Origin: an uncultured Ruminococcus sp.
GTDB taxonomy: Bacteria; Bacillota; Clostridia; Oscillospirales; CAG-272
Direction: 5' to 3'
Assembly: GCA_902783905.1 (NCBI GenBank)
Contig: CACZSP010000015.1
Coordinates: forward strand, 1 to 45,677
Length of the DNA stretch: 45,677 nt
This document shows, in pieces, positions 16,894-27,091 of the stretch. The stretch's first letter is position 1, and the number at the start of each line of letters is the position of its first letter. The position numbers were made by a program, and so were the translations under genes. The notes under the pieces are model-generated. The model searched no databases, was not told the DNA's origin, and was given only the letters and a program-made list of their open reading frames with translations.

Positions 16894-19288
16894 GCCAGAT
16901 ATTCCGGGCGTATTCGCCGACCGCGCGGTCGGCCGAGAAAACGCCCGCCTTCGCTATATTGACCAGCGACATGCCGAAGAAGCGGCGGCTGTCGGGATAG
17001 GTGCGGGAAATTTCATCCTGCGCGCGTTTGTAATCCGAAAAATCGGCCAAAGACATATAAGGGTCGGCGGGACCGTAGTCGCCGCGCAGGAGCGAGCGGA
17101 GAATATCGTCGAAGCGCTGTCCGCAGAATCCGCCCATCAGCAGCGAGATGACCCCCTCGAGCTCGGGATCATTCCTGATGAAGGGAGTCGGGTCGTATCC
17201 GCGCCTCCAGAGGTCCTCGACCTCGGCGGCGTTCATTCCGAACAGGAACATGTTCTCCCGTCCGACCTGCTCGAGGATCTCCACGTTGGCGCCGTCGAGG
17301 GTCCCCACCGTGACGGCTCCGTTTATCATAAACTTCATATTGCCTGTCCCCGACGCCTCCTTGCCGGCGACCGAGATCTGCTCGGAGATATCGGCGGCGG
17401 GTATGATGACCTCGGCGAGCGAGACTCTGTAATCCTCCATGAAGACCACCTTCAGGCGGTCGCGCACGGCGGGATCTTCTTCGATAAGCCGGGAAACGGC
17501 GCAGATGAGTCTTATGATCTGCTTTGCCATAACGTATCCGGGAGACGCCTTCGCCGCGAAAACGAAGGTGCGCGGAGGGCATTCGAATGACGGATCGTTT
17601 TTGATCCGCAAATAGATGCGCAGGATCTGAAGAACGTTGAGAAGCTGGCGCTTGTATTCGTGCAGACGCTTGACCTGAACGTCGAATATCGACGAGGGAT
17701 CGACCTTTGTGCCGTTCTTCTCTTCGATGAGCGCCGCGAGTCTTTTTTTGTTTTCGAGCTTTATCAACGCAAGAGCGTCGAGTACTGCCGCGTCACCCCC
17801 GAAGGCGAGCAGCTTTTCAAGCTCCCGGGCGTCGGTCCTGAAACCGTCTCCTATAAGGGACGAGATCAGTGACGAAAGCCCCGGGTTCGCCTGGCAGAGC
17901 CAGCGGCGGTAGGCGATTCCGTTTGTCACGTTGGTAAACCTCGAGGGGTCCATCGCCGCCCAGTCGCGGAATATGCTTTCGGTCAGTATCCTGGAGTGGA
18001 GTTTCGATACGCCGTTGACGCAATGGCAGGCGGCAAGGCAGAGATTTGCCATCCTGATCTCTCCGCCCGATATGACCGCCATATAATCGAGCTTCGGGAT
18101 GTCGTCGCCCCAGAAAGAGCGCAGGCGGGCGTACTGACGTCTGTTGATCTCGCAGACTATCTGGTAAACGCGCGGCAGCTGCTCTTCGAAAAGAGTGACC
18201 GACCAGCGCTCCAGCGCCTCGCTCATGACGGTGTGGTTGGTATAGGAAAGGGTGCGGCAGGTTATATCCCACGCGCGGTCCCATCCCATTCCGTACTCGT
18301 CCATAAGCAGACGCATGAGTTCGGGAACGCAAAGGGCCGGATGGGTGTCGTTGATATGTATCGCTATCCTGTCGGGAAGCGCTTCGAGAGAATCGCCGCG
18401 TCCGAGGTGGTCGCAGATGATCTGCTGAAGCGAAGCCGAGACGAAGAAATACTGCTGGCGCAGGCGCAGGCGTTTTCCTTCGATATGATTGTCGGCGGGA
18501 TAGAGGACCTTCGAGATGACCTCCGCCATCGTCTCCTGCTCGAGCGCCTTCGAATACTCGCCGCGCGCGAAGGCGGCCATATCGATGGACGAGTCGCTTT
18601 TCGCCTCCCAGAGGGTGAGCTTGTTGACGTCTCCGCCGTATCCCGAGATATACATATCGTAGGGGACGGCGACGACCGTCGAAAATCCTGTGTGCTCGGC
18701 GTGATATCTTCCGTCGATATCGAAATATCCGTCGGTCCTGCCGCCGAATCTGACCTTGCGCGAATCGTCGTATCGCGGGACAAGCCAGACTCCTCCGAGG
18801 TCGAGCCAGTCGTCGGGAAGTTCGGTCTGCCATCCTTCGTCGATCTTCTGGCGGAAGATGCCGAACTGATATTTGATCGAAAAACCGGTGCAGGATATGC
18901 CGAGGGAGGATGCCGCATCCATATAGCAGGCGGCGAGGCGTCCGAGGCCGCCGTTGCCGAGGCCGGCGTCGGGTTCGATCTCAAAAATATCCGCGAGATT
19001 TTTCCCGGCCTCCGAGAAGGCGCGCTCCGCCTCTCCGGTCAGCCCCAGATTGTAAAGATTGTTGCGGAGCGAAGTGCCGACGAGAAATTCCATCGACATA
19101 TAGTAAACTCTTTTCGAGCCTTCCTCGCGCAGACGGCGGCGGAAGTCGTGGTTTTTTTCGACGAGGCGCTCGCGCACCGCTATGCAGAGCGCTCTGTATG
19201 CTTCGGTCGGCGTCGCGGCGTCGAGAGTGCAGCCGAAATTGGCGAGGCAGGCGGCGCCGATCGATCTCTGAAAGTCTGTTTTTTCCAT
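16886..19288 (-). CDS. glgP: Glycogen/maltodextrin phosphorylase
   Basis: 800 aa. PLP-lysine block EASGTGNMKFMINGA plus GNGGLGRLAAC. Confidence 0.9.
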   Translation of the reverse strand: MEKTDFQRSIGAACLANFGCTLDAATPTEAYRALCIAVRERLVEKNHDFRRRLREEGSKRVYYMSMEFLVGTSLRNNLYNLGLTGEAERAFSEAGKNLADIFEIEPDAGLGNGGLGRLAACYMDAASSLGISCTGFSIKYQFGIFRQKIDEGWQTELPDDWLDLGGVWLVPRYDDSRKVRFGGRTDGYFDIDGRYHAEHTGFSTVVAVPYDMYISGYGGDVNKLTLWEAKSDSSIDMAAFARGEYSKALEQETMAEVISKVLYPADNHIEGKRLRLRQQYFFVSASLQQIICDHLGRGDSLEALPDRIAIHINDTHPALCVPELMRLLMDEYGMGWDRAWDITCRTLSYTNHTVMSEALERWSVTLFEEQLPRVYQIVCEINRRQYARLRSFWGDDIPKLDYMAVISGGEIRMANLCLAACHCVNGVSKLHSRILTESIFRDWAAMDPSRFTNVTNGIAYRRWLCQANPGLSSLISSLIGDGFRTDARELEKLLAFGGDAAVLDALALIKLENKKRLAALIEEKNGTKVDPSSIFDVQVKRLHEYKRQLLNVLQILRIYLRIKNDPSFECPPRTFVFAAKASPGYVMAKQIIRLICAVSRLIEEDPAVRDRLKVVFMEDYRVSLAEVIIPAADISEQISVAGKEASGTGNMKFMINGAVTVGTLDGANVEILEQVGRENMFLFGMNAAEVEDLWRRGYDPTPFIRNDPELEGVISLLMGGFCGQRFDDILRSLLRGDYGPADPYMSLADFSDYKRAQDEISRTYPDSRRFFGMSLVNIAKAGVFSADRAVGEYARNIWHV

Positions 19289-19297
19289 TGAATTCCT

Positions 19298-20734
19298 TTA
19301 TCCGGTGATCGATTTGTATAATTCGGAATATTCCTTCACCGACGCGCCCCAGGAAAGGTCAAGGGACATGTCGCGTGAACGCAGACGCAGGAAGGCGTCG
19401 CGGTCGGAGCGGAAAAGCTCCGCCGCCCGCAGCACCGCGTCCTTCATATCGTGGGCGTTGCAGGTCTCGAAGGTGAATCCTCTTCCCTCGCCGGTCGACG
19501 GGTCGTACGGCGGGACGGTATCCTTCAGTCCGCCGGTTCGCCGAACGACCGGCACCGCGCCGTAGCGCATGGCGACCAGCTGGGACAGCCCGCAGGGCTC
19601 GCTCAGAGACGGCATCAGGAAAAGATCGCTTCCCGCGTATATCTTCGACGCGAGCGCGTTTGAAAATGCGATATTCGCCGAAATCATCCCGGGGCGGTCG
19701 GCGGCGGCGCGGCGGAAAAAGTTCTCGAACCTTTCCTCGCCGGTTCCGAGTATCGCGAACTGCACTCCGGTGTCGGCAAGCTCGTAAAGCACCCGCGCGA
19801 CAAGGTCGAAGCCCTTGTGGGAGGCGAGCCGGCTGACGATCCCGCAGAGCGGTATATTTTCGTCGACTTCAAGTCCCAGTTCGCGCTGCAGCTCACGCTT
19901 GCAGACCGCCTTTCCCGACTGATCCCCGGCGGAATAATTCCGGGCAATCGATCCGTCCGACGCGGGATCGTAAAGCCGGGTGTCGATCCCGTTGACTATC
20001 CCGCGCAGCTTTTTGCTGTTCTCCCGGAGCACCGGGTCCAGCCCGTGGGAAAAGAAGGGATCGAGTATCTCTTCGGCGTAGGTTTTCGAGACGGTGCTCA
20101 CGGCGTCGGAGCGCACGATCGCCCCCTTCATCAGATTCGTACAGCCGGAAAACTCGAGATCCCGGGCGGCGGCGTCCGAAAGTCCCATCACGTCGCCGGC
20201 AAACGACTGCGGCATTATCCCCTGGTATTCGATATTGTGTATCGTGAAAAGGGTCCGCGTCCCGTCGAATCCCGGATAGAACTCCCGGAGAAAAACGGGA
20301 AGCGCCGCCGTCTGCCAGTCGTTGCAGTGGATGACGTCGGGAGAAAGTCCGAGCGACGCGACGGCGTCTATCGCCGCCTTCGAAAAGAAGGCGAAGCGCT
20401 CCCCGTCGTCGTACTCGCCGTAGATCCCGCCGGGACGGTCGAAGTAATACTCGTTGTCGATAAAGACGAAGGTCAGCCCCTTCGCCGCGGTCAGGGTGTA
20501 GATACCGGTATACTGGCGGCGCCATGACAGCTCGGTCATGAACCACCGGATGAATTTCATCTTCCCGAAATACTCCGAGCGCTTTATGCGGCCGTAAAGG
20601 GGAAGCACGACGGTGACCCGGTTCCCCGCCGCCGCGAGGGCGGCCGGAAGGGCGTACGCGACGTCCCCGAGTCCTCCGGTCTTTATGAAAGGCGCCGCTT
20701 CGGATGCGCAGAATACAACGTTCATCTTATTCAA
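19298..20734 (-). CDS. glgA: Glycogen synthase (ADP-glucose type)
   Basis: 478 aa. N-terminal EAAPFIKTGGLGDV signature and GT5-type C-terminal PSLSEPCGLSQL. Confidence 0.9.
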   Translation of the reverse strand: MNKMNVVFCASEAAPFIKTGGLGDVAYALPAALAAAGNRVTVVLPLYGRIKRSEYFGKMKFIRWFMTELSWRRQYTGIYTLTAAKGLTFVFIDNEYYFDRPGGIYGEYDDGERFAFFSKAAIDAVASLGLSPDVIHCNDWQTAALPVFLREFYPGFDGTRTLFTIHNIEYQGIMPQSFAGDVMGLSDAAARDLEFSGCTNLMKGAIVRSDAVSTVSKTYAEEILDPFFSHGLDPVLRENSKKLRGIVNGIDTRLYDPASDGSIARNYSAGDQSGKAVCKRELQRELGLEVDENIPLCGIVSRLASHKGFDLVARVLYELADTGVQFAILGTGEERFENFFRRAAADRPGMISANIAFSNALASKIYAGSDLFLMPSLSEPCGLSQLVAMRYGAVPVVRRTGGLKDTVPPYDPSTGEGRGFTFETCNAHDMKDAVLRAAELFRSDRDAFLRLRSRDMSLDLSWGASVKEYSELYKSITG

Positions 20735-21845
20735 GGTCGCTCCCCTTGCCGACGATCACCGGCACGCCGGGAGTCCCTGACAGCCGGCATCCGCCGTGTA
20801 CGGTAATATTCTTGTCGAGGATTGCGTTTTCTACGACGGCGCCCGATTTTATCACGCAGCCGTCCATGATCACCGAATCGGATACGCACGCCCCCTCCTC
20901 TATGACGGCGCCGCGGAAAAGGACCGTGTTTTTCACGCTGCCGCAGACTCTGCAGCCGTCGGCGATTATGCATCCCGAAACGCTGCAGTTTTCCCCGTAA
21001 TAAGCCGGCTGTTCATCCCGGACGGCGGTGTAGACCGGACGGTCGGGACGGAAAAGGCCCCTGTGCACCTCTCCCGAAAGCAGCGCCATCGAGTTGCGGA
21101 AGTATTCGGCAATCGAGCGGTTTTTGAGCATCACTCCGCCGAAGGGACTGAGTCCGATCGTCATCCTGCCCGAATTGAAGCCCGTCTGTATGAGATCCCT
21201 CTCCAGGTGAAAATGTCCGAGCGAGGAGTGCTTTTTTATCTCTCCGACGAGGTAGTCGCGTCTGAAAACGTAAATGCCTATACTCGAATACTGTCCCTCC
21301 CTCGCCGGGTAGTTCAGATATACGTTCCGTACCTCCCCCGCGCCGTCGACGTCGAAGACCAGCTCGGATTCGCCGTTTTCGTCCTTCGCGATCCTTCCGC
21401 AGACAACCGTCAGGTCTCTTCCCGACGCCGTATGGGCGGCGATGACGGGGCGCAGATCGATATTGCATATCGTGACGGTGTCGGCGACGACGACGTAATC
21501 GGGCAGATGCTCCTCGAGGAAGGGCAGAGCCGCCCGCAGCTCCTCGATCTTTCCCCGGTAGTCGCCGTAGTGCCCCGTCGCAAAGGGCGGTATGATCTTG
21601 ACTCCGCCTATCTTGCGGTTCAGATCCCAGTCCTGACACGATCCGAGATGATCGATCAGAGACTGATAATGATATTTCGTGATTATTCCGATGTCGACGA
21701 TGCCCGAATTGACCATATTCGACAGTATGAAGTCGATCTGGCGGTATCTTCCTCCGAAGGGAAGCGAGGCCACAGTGCGTTTTCCGACGATCGGATCCAG
21801 TCCGTCGCTGTAAATTCCCGAAAGTATTATTCCTGCCGCTTTCAT
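20727..21845 (-). CDS. glgD: Glucose-1-phosphate adenylyltransferase regulatory subunit GlgD
   Basis: 372 aa. GlgC paralog lacking the GGxGxRL loop (starts MKAAGIILSG...) with a C-terminal left-handed beta-helix repeat. Sits between glgC and glgA, as in Firmicutes. Confidence 0.8.
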   Translation of the reverse strand: MKAAGIILSGIYSDGLDPIVGKRTVASLPFGGRYRQIDFILSNMVNSGIVDIGIITKYHYQSLIDHLGSCQDWDLNRKIGGVKIIPPFATGHYGDYRGKIEELRAALPFLEEHLPDYVVVADTVTICNIDLRPVIAAHTASGRDLTVVCGRIAKDENGESELVFDVDGAGEVRNVYLNYPAREGQYSSIGIYVFRRDYLVGEIKKHSSLGHFHLERDLIQTGFNSGRMTIGLSPFGGVMLKNRSIAEYFRNSMALLSGEVHRGLFRPDRPVYTAVRDEQPAYYGENCSVSGCIIADGCRVCGSVKNTVLFRGAVIEEGACVSDSVIMDGCVIKSGAVVENAILDKNITVHGGCRLSGTPGVPVIVGKGSDLE

Positions 21846-21855
21846 GACTGCCTCC

Positions 21856-23031
21856 TCATATTATGCTTCCCGGAAGAACGGTCTGTCCGGGCTCCACCTT
21901 TTCACGGTGTCCGACGACCGTCAGTTCTTCTGCGCCGCTCGCTCCGACAGCCGACCGGCGCCCGACAACCGTTTCCTCGCCGATCATCGCGTGCCAGACC
22001 GACGCGCCGTCTTCTATGACGGCGCCCGGCATTATGACCGAATCGCGTACGACGGCTCCTTTTCCGACGCTGACTCCGACGGAAACGACCGAATTTTCGA
22101 CCGTTCCCCCGATCACGCAGCCCTCGGCGATATATGAGTTTACGACCTGCGCCCCGTCGGATACCACCGTCGACGGCATGGCGTAGTTGCGCGAATAGAT
22201 CCTGAACGACGAATCCTCTCCCTCTCCGATCGGACAGGAGGGATCGAGAAGGTCCATGTTTGCCTGCCAGAGAGACGGAAGCGTTCCCACGTCCCTCCAG
22301 TATCCTCCGAAGGTGTAGGCGAACATCCTCTCCCCCGCCCCCAGCATCGCCGGAATGACGTTCTTGCCGAAATCGTTGTCCGAGGAGGGATTGTTTTCAT
22401 CCTCCTCGAGATATTTCTTCAGCAGCTTCCAGTCGAAAACGTAAACTCCCATCGAGGCGAGATCGCTCTTCGGGTGCTTAGGCTTTTCTTCGAAATCGGT
22501 TATCCTGCCCTCTCCGTCGGTGCTCATGATGCCCATGCGGGTGGCGTCTTCAAGCGGTACCGTCCGCACGGCGATGGTACACGCCGCCCGGTTCTTTTTG
22601 TGCGCCGCGATCATCTTCGAATAATCCATCTTGTAGATGTGATCCCCCGAAAGGATGAGAACGTACTCGGGCGAGTATTTTTCGACGAAAGGTATGTTCT
22701 GGTAGATGGCGTTTGCCGTCCCCTTGAACCAGTTGCTGCTTCCCGACGTGGTGTAGGGAGGCAGTATGTGAACGCCGCCCCAGTTGCGGTTGAGATCCCA
22801 GGGCATTCCGTTCCCTATGTAGTCGTTGAGCTCCATCGGCTGATACTGGGTAAGAATACCTACCGTATCGATCCCCGAATTGACGCAGTTGGAGAGCGAG
22901 TAATCGATGATCCTGTATTTTCCCCCGAAGGGTACAGCGGGCTTCGCGGTGTTCTCGGTAAGAACGTACAGTCTGCTTCCCTGCCCTCCGGCGAGAAGCA
23001 TGGCTATGCATTCCTTTTTGCGTGAATTCAT
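21856..23031 (-). CDS. glgC: Glucose-1-phosphate adenylyltransferase
   Basis: 391 aa. [10 protein letters not shown] nucleotide-binding loop, [15 protein letters not shown] and [12 protein letters not shown]. Confidence 0.9.
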   Translation of the reverse strand: MNSRKKECIAMLLAGGQGSRLYVLTENTAKPAVPFGGKYRIIDYSLSNCVNSGIDTVGILTQYQPMELNDYIGNGMPWDLNRNWGGVHILPPYTTSGSSNWFKGTANAIYQNIPFVEKYSPEYVLILSGDHIYKMDYSKMIAAHKKNRAACTIAVRTVPLEDATRMGIMSTDGEGRITDFEEKPKHPKSDLASMGVYVFDWKLLKKYLEEDENNPSSDNDFGKNVIPAMLGAGERMFAYTFGGYWRDVGTLPSLWQANMDLLDPSCPIGEGEDSSFRIYSRNYAMPSTVVSDGAQVVNSYIAEGCVIGGTVENSVVSVGVSVGKGAVVRDSVIMPGAVIEDGASVWHAMIGEETVVGRRSAVGASGAEELTVVGHREKVEPGQTVLPGSII

Positions 23032-24878
23032 ATCGTTCTGCTCCTTTCATCCCGACGTATCTTATAATAAACCGCAGACAGCGGATAAAGATCGAAAACG
23101 GCCGAATCGGAAAAACCGTCGAAGCTGCCGCGCTTCGTCCTGACGGTCCTTCTTTTTGCCCCGTCCGACGAAAACACCGGCCGCGCCCAGCCGGCCGCGG
23201 GCATACCGATCCGGTATTCCTCATACCTTCTCGGCGCGAAATTGAATATGCAGACGAGGCTCTCCCCCGCGCGCCCCCGTCTTTCGAAGGCGATGACGCA
23301 GTTTTCCCTGTCGTCCACCTTAAGCCAGGAAAAGCCGTCCCATCCGGAATCCTTCTCCCAGAGTTCGGGAGTTTCCCGGTAGAAACGGTTAAGTCCGGCG
23401 AAATAACCGCAGAAATCCCTGTGCGCGTCGTAGGCAAGCAGAAGCCAGTCCAGTTCCCGCCGGTAGTCCCATTCGATGAACTGGGCGAGTTCGTTGCCCA
23501 TGAAATTCAGTTTTTTGCCCGGGCGGGCGAACATATAGGCGTAGGTCAGCCGCAGAGCCCGGAATTTATCCTCGTAGGAGCCCCGCATCCTGCCGATCAC
23601 CGACTTTTTGCCGTGGACCACCTCGTCGTGAGAAAACGGAAGGATGTAGTTTTCCGAAAAGGCGTAGGTCATACCGAAAGTCAGCCGTTCGTGCATGCCG
23701 GGACGGTATATCGGATCGGCCGACATATAGTCGAGGGTGTCGTGCATCCAGCCCATGTCCCATTTGAAGCCGAAGCCGAGACCCCCGTCGTACGGGGGCT
23801 TCGTCACTCCCGGGAAAGAGGTGCTCTCCTCGGCGATCATAAGCACCGAAGGATCGGTCGCGTAGGCCGCCGTGTTCATTTTTCGCAAAAAATCGACCGC
23901 GGCCCGGTTCACGTTCCCTCCGCCGGGAGCCGGACGCCACTGCCCGGGTTTTCTCGCGTAGTCGAGATAAATCATTGAAGCCACGGCGTCGGCGCGGATA
24001 CCGTCGATATGGTATTCGTCTATCCAGAAGGCGACCGACGAACAGAGGAAGGATACGACCTCCCTGCGCGAAAAATCGAATATTTTAGTCCCCCATTCGG
24101 GATGCTCCGACATGAGCGGATCGCCGCTTTCGAAGCAGGTCGTCCCGTCGAACAGCGCCAGGCCGTGAGAGTCCTTCGGGAAATGCGCCCCGACCCAGTC
24201 GAGAATAACTCCTATTCCCTCGGCGTGGAAGGCGTCCACAAGCGCCTTGAACCCGTAGGGCGTGCCGTATCTTGACGTCGGCGCGAACCAGCCGGTCACC
24301 TGATATCCCCAGGATTCATCCAGCGGATACTCGGTCACAGGAAGAAGCTCGACGTGGGTAAAGCCCATGCTTTTTACGTAGGGAACCAGCTCTTCGGCAA
24401 GCTTTTCGTATGAAAAGGGACTTCCGTCCGCGTATCTTTTCCAGGAGCCGAGGTGCACCTCGTAAATGCTGACCGGAGAGGAATACGGGTCTTTTTTTCT
24501 TTTTTCTTCGAGATATTCCGCGTCGTGCCAGACGTATCCGCCGACGTCGCAGATCTTCGACGCGGTCCCGGGACGGGTCTCGGAATGGCGGGCGAAGGGA
24601 TCGCACTTTTCCCTTTCGACTCCGTCGGCGCCCTCTACGACGAATTTGTAGCAGTCGAACTCCCGGGCGGCGGAGGAGCGCAGCTCCCAGAGCCCGTCGC
24701 GTCTGCCCATTTCCTCTCTGCCCCAGCCGTTGAAATCCCCCGAGAGAAATACCTTTGAGGCGTTAGGAGCCCAGACGCGGAAAACGTAGCCGTCCCCTTC
24801 ACGCAGGCAGCCGAGAATACGGTAGGCGGAAGACGACGTCCCGTCGTAAAACTCTTTGATTTCACGCGACAGATCCAC
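23028..24878 (-). CDS. glgB: 1,4-alpha-glucan branching enzyme
   Basis: 616 aa. [42 protein letters not shown] and [12 protein letters not shown] start preceded by GGAGAGGGGGAAAG. Confidence 0.9.
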   Translation of the reverse strand: MDLSREIKEFYDGTSSSAYRILGCLREGDGYVFRVWAPNASKVFLSGDFNGWGREEMGRRDGLWELRSSAAREFDCYKFVVEGADGVEREKCDPFARHSETRPGTASKICDVGGYVWHDAEYLEEKRKKDPYSSPVSIYEVHLGSWKRYADGSPFSYEKLAEELVPYVKSMGFTHVELLPVTEYPLDESWGYQVTGWFAPTSRYGTPYGFKALVDAFHAEGIGVILDWVGAHFPKDSHGLALFDGTTCFESGDPLMSEHPEWGTKIFDFSRREVVSFLCSSVAFWIDEYHIDGIRADAVASMIYLDYARKPGQWRPAPGGGNVNRAAVDFLRKMNTAAYATDPSVLMIAEESTSFPGVTKPPYDGGLGFGFKWDMGWMHDTLDYMSADPIYRPGMHERLTFGMTYAFSENYILPFSHDEVVHGKKSVIGRMRGSYEDKFRALRLTYAYMFARPGKKLNFMGNELAQFIEWDYRRELDWLLLAYDAHRDFCGYFAGLNRFYRETPELWEKDSGWDGFSWLKVDDRENCVIAFERRGRAGESLVCIFNFAPRRYEEYRIGMPAAGWARPVFSSDGAKRRTVRTKRGSFDGFSDSAVFDLYPLSAVYYKIRRDERSRTI

Positions 24879-24948
24879 GCTTTCCCCCTCTCCCCGGCCT
24901 CTCTGAAACCGGCCGGATTCCGCTCCCGAGCCCGGATGCGGTCGTCCT

Positions 24949-24957
24949 ATTATACCA
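24949..24957 (-). promoter_or_regulatory. Possible second, extended -10 promoter P2 of the glg operon
   Basis: Minus strand reads TGGTATAAT (TGnTATAAT) 10 nt downstream of the P1 -10 box. No good -35. Confidence 0.35.
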
Positions 24958-24964
24958 TCTTTTT

Positions 24965-24993
24965 ATTATAACTATTTCAGCAGGTTTTGTCAA
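24965..24993 (-). promoter_or_regulatory. SigA-type promoter P1 of the glg operon
   Basis: Minus strand reads TTGACA (24993-24988), exactly 17 nt, then TATAAT (24970-24965). Confidence 0.7.
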
Positions 24994-25087
24994 TACGTAT
25001 ACCGGGGCGCCGGGAGGTTTTTGTCAATAATTCCGGTTCGGGAAGCGCCCGCACGGCCAACTGTTCGTTTTTTCCTTTCGCTTATTA

Positions 25088-25116
25088 TTGACTTGTTCTT
25101 TTATTTATGTTATACT
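25088..25116 (+). promoter_or_regulatory. SigA-type promoter of the RDD gene, divergent from glg
   Basis: TTGACT (25088-25093), exactly 17 nt, then TATACT (25111-25116), preceded by TGT. Confidence 0.7.
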
Positions 25117-25146
25117 ATTATAAACCTTGAAAGCGAGGACGCCGCG

Positions 25147-25890
25147 ATGGAATTCTCTCTGGAAAAAGCAGGGATCGGAAAGAGGATATCGGCTTTTCTT
25201 TTCGATTTCATTATTTTTTCGGTGATCGCGACCGGTCTCGCTTTTCTCGTTTCGGTGATAACCGGTTACGACTCCCACAGCGAGCGGCTGGGAGAGATTT
25301 ACGAAAAATACGAAAAGGAGTACGGAATCTCCTTCCAGCTGTCGGCGGACGAGCTTGCCGCCATGACGGATGATGAGCTTACCGCCTACCGGGAGAAATA
25401 CGCCGCCGCCGAATCCGCGGTCGCCGGCGACCCGGAGGCGTCCCGGGAGTTTTCGACCGTTGTCGACCTTTCTCTCATCATCACGTCGGTCTCTCTTTTC
25501 ATCGCGACGTTTTTATCCGAGTTTATCCTGCCGCTCCTCCTCGGGAACGGTCAGACTCTCGGCAAAAAGATTTTTTCCATCGGGGTGATACGTCCCGACG
25601 GCGTACGGCTGTCGCGCATACAGCTTTTCACCCGCGCGATACTCGGCAAATACGCGGTCGAGACGATGATCCCCGTTCTTTTGATTATGCTCTTCTATTT
25701 CCGCGGCATGAACGCCCTGCTCACCTTTGCTCCGGTTGCGGCGATCGCCGCAGCGCAGCTGATCTTCTTCTGCGCGAGCGGCAGACGCGCGCTGATACAC
25801 GACGTCCTCGCCGGATCGGTCGCCGTCGACGCGCAGACGCAGATTATTTACGCGGACGAGAAGGAAAAGGAAATGAATAATGAAAAATGA
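25147..25890 (+). CDS. RDD-family integral membrane protein
   Basis: The ATG at 25147 was chosen because the ORF track's start at 25021 runs across the promoter. GKRISAFLFDFIIFSVIA and GQTLGKKIFSIGVIRPDG are RDD-type blocks. Several TM segments. Confidence 0.65.
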   Translation: MEFSLEKAGIGKRISAFLFDFIIFSVIATGLAFLVSVITGYDSHSERLGEIYEKYEKEYGISFQLSADELAAMTDDELTAYREKYAAAESAVAGDPEASREFSTVVDLSLIITSVSLFIATFLSEFILPLLLGNGQTLGKKIFSIGVIRPDGVRLSRIQLFTRAILGKYAVETMIPVLLIMLFYFRGMNALLTFAPVAAIAAAQLIFFCASGRRALIHDVLAGSVAVDAQTQIIYADEKEKEMNNEK

Positions 25891-25940
25891 AAAATGAATA
25901 GTTGATCTTTACGATTTTTCATTTTTAACTTTTCATTCGT

Positions 25941-25968
25941 TTGATCCAAATAAACGAAAAAATATAAA
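25941..25968 (+). promoter_or_regulatory. Possible promoter of the ABC/nuclease operon
   Basis: TTGATC (25941-25946), 16 nt, then TATAAA (25963-25968), about 20 nt before the GGGTGA RBS. Both boxes are imperfect. Confidence 0.35.
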
Positions 25969-25989
25969 CCAAATAAAAAAGGGTGAAAC

Positions 25990-27090
25990 ATGAAAGTTGA
26001 ACTTCAGAACCTGACAAAAATCTTTCCCAGCCGGAACAAGAAATCAAAAGAGGAAGTCGTCGCGGTAAACGATTTCACCTTTACGATCCCGGACGGAAAG
26101 CTCGTCGGACTTCTCGGACCCTCCGGATGCGGAAAGAGCACCACGCTCTATATGATCTGCGGACTCGAAAAACCGACGAGAGGCAAGATCTTCTTCGGAG
26201 ACGACGACGTGACCGACCTGCCGCCCGAGCACCGCGGAGTCGGACTCGTCTTCCAGAACTACGCGCTTTACCCGCACATGACGGTCAAGCAGAACATCCT
26301 TTTCCCGCTTGAAAACCTCAAGGGCGCCGAGCGCCCGACCCGTCAGCAGATGCTCGATCGCGCCTACGAGGCGGCAAAGCTGGTTCAGCTCGACAAGCTG
26401 ATGGACCGCAAGCCGAACGAACTGTCCGGCGGACAGCAGCAGCGCGTCGCCATCGCCCGCGCCCTCGTCAAAATGCCGCGCGTTCTGCTTCTCGACGAGC
26501 CGCTTTCAAACCTCGACGCCCGTCTGCGTCTCCAGACCCGCGAGGAGATCCGCCGGATACAGAAGGAAACCGGCATCACCACCATCTTCGTCACCCACGA
26601 CCAGGAAGAGGCGATGAGCATCTCCGACGTCATCGTGGTCATGAAGGAGGGCGTCCTCCAGCAGATCGGCAAACCGCAGGACGTCTACGAGGATCCTGTC
26701 AACCTCTTCGTGGCAAAATTCCTCGGCACGCCTCCCATCAACGTCTTCGACGGAACAGTCGCCGAAGGACGCCTCTTTATCGGCGACAACAACGTCCTCG
26801 CCGTTCCGGGCGCCCGCGACGGAAAGGTCTTCGTCGGAATCCGTCCCGAGGGCTTCATCGTCGATCAGGGGGGACCCTTCGTCTGCAACCTGACCAACGT
26901 GGAGGTCATGGGACGCGACTGCAGCGTCGTTTCGACGCACCCGGCCTCTCTCAACCCGACGGTCCGCTCGATAATCGACTCCGACGTAAAAATCGACCCG
27001 TCGGCGGAAAAAGTGTGCTTCTCGCTCAAGCCGCACAAAACCTATCTGTTCGACGCCGAAACGTCGGAACGCATTTATTTCGGTGGTTGA
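25990..27090 (+). CDS. ABC transporter ATP-binding protein, MalK/MsmX/UgpC type
   Basis: 366 aa. Walker A GPSGCGKST, signature LSGGQQQRVAIARA, Walker B LLLDEPLSNLD, plus a C-terminal MalK-like regulatory/OB domain. Confidence 0.9.
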   Translation: MKVELQNLTKIFPSRNKKSKEEVVAVNDFTFTIPDGKLVGLLGPSGCGKSTTLYMICGLEKPTRGKIFFGDDDVTDLPPEHRGVGLVFQNYALYPHMTVKQNILFPLENLKGAERPTRQQMLDRAYEAAKLVQLDKLMDRKPNELSGGQQQRVAIARALVKMPRVLLLDEPLSNLDARLRLQTREEIRRIQKETGITTIFVTHDQEEAMSISDVIVVMKEGVLQQIGKPQDVYEDPVNLFVAKFLGTPPINVFDGTVAEGRLFIGDNNVLAVPGARDGKVFVGIRPEGFIVDQGGPFVCNLTNVEVMGRDCSVVSTHPASLNPTVRSIIDSDVKIDPSAEKVCFSLKPHKTYLFDAETSERIYFGG

Positions 27091-27091
27091 T

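Noticed and set aside
25883-25926. AT-rich hairpin (AAAAATGAAAAAT / ATTTTTCATTTTT) spanning the RDD stop codon, as a terminator separating RDD from the ABC operon.
   Set aside because: The 13-bp stem has a single G-C pair and an 18-nt loop, so it is probably too weak to call. Whether RDD is co-transcribed with the ABC genes is left open.
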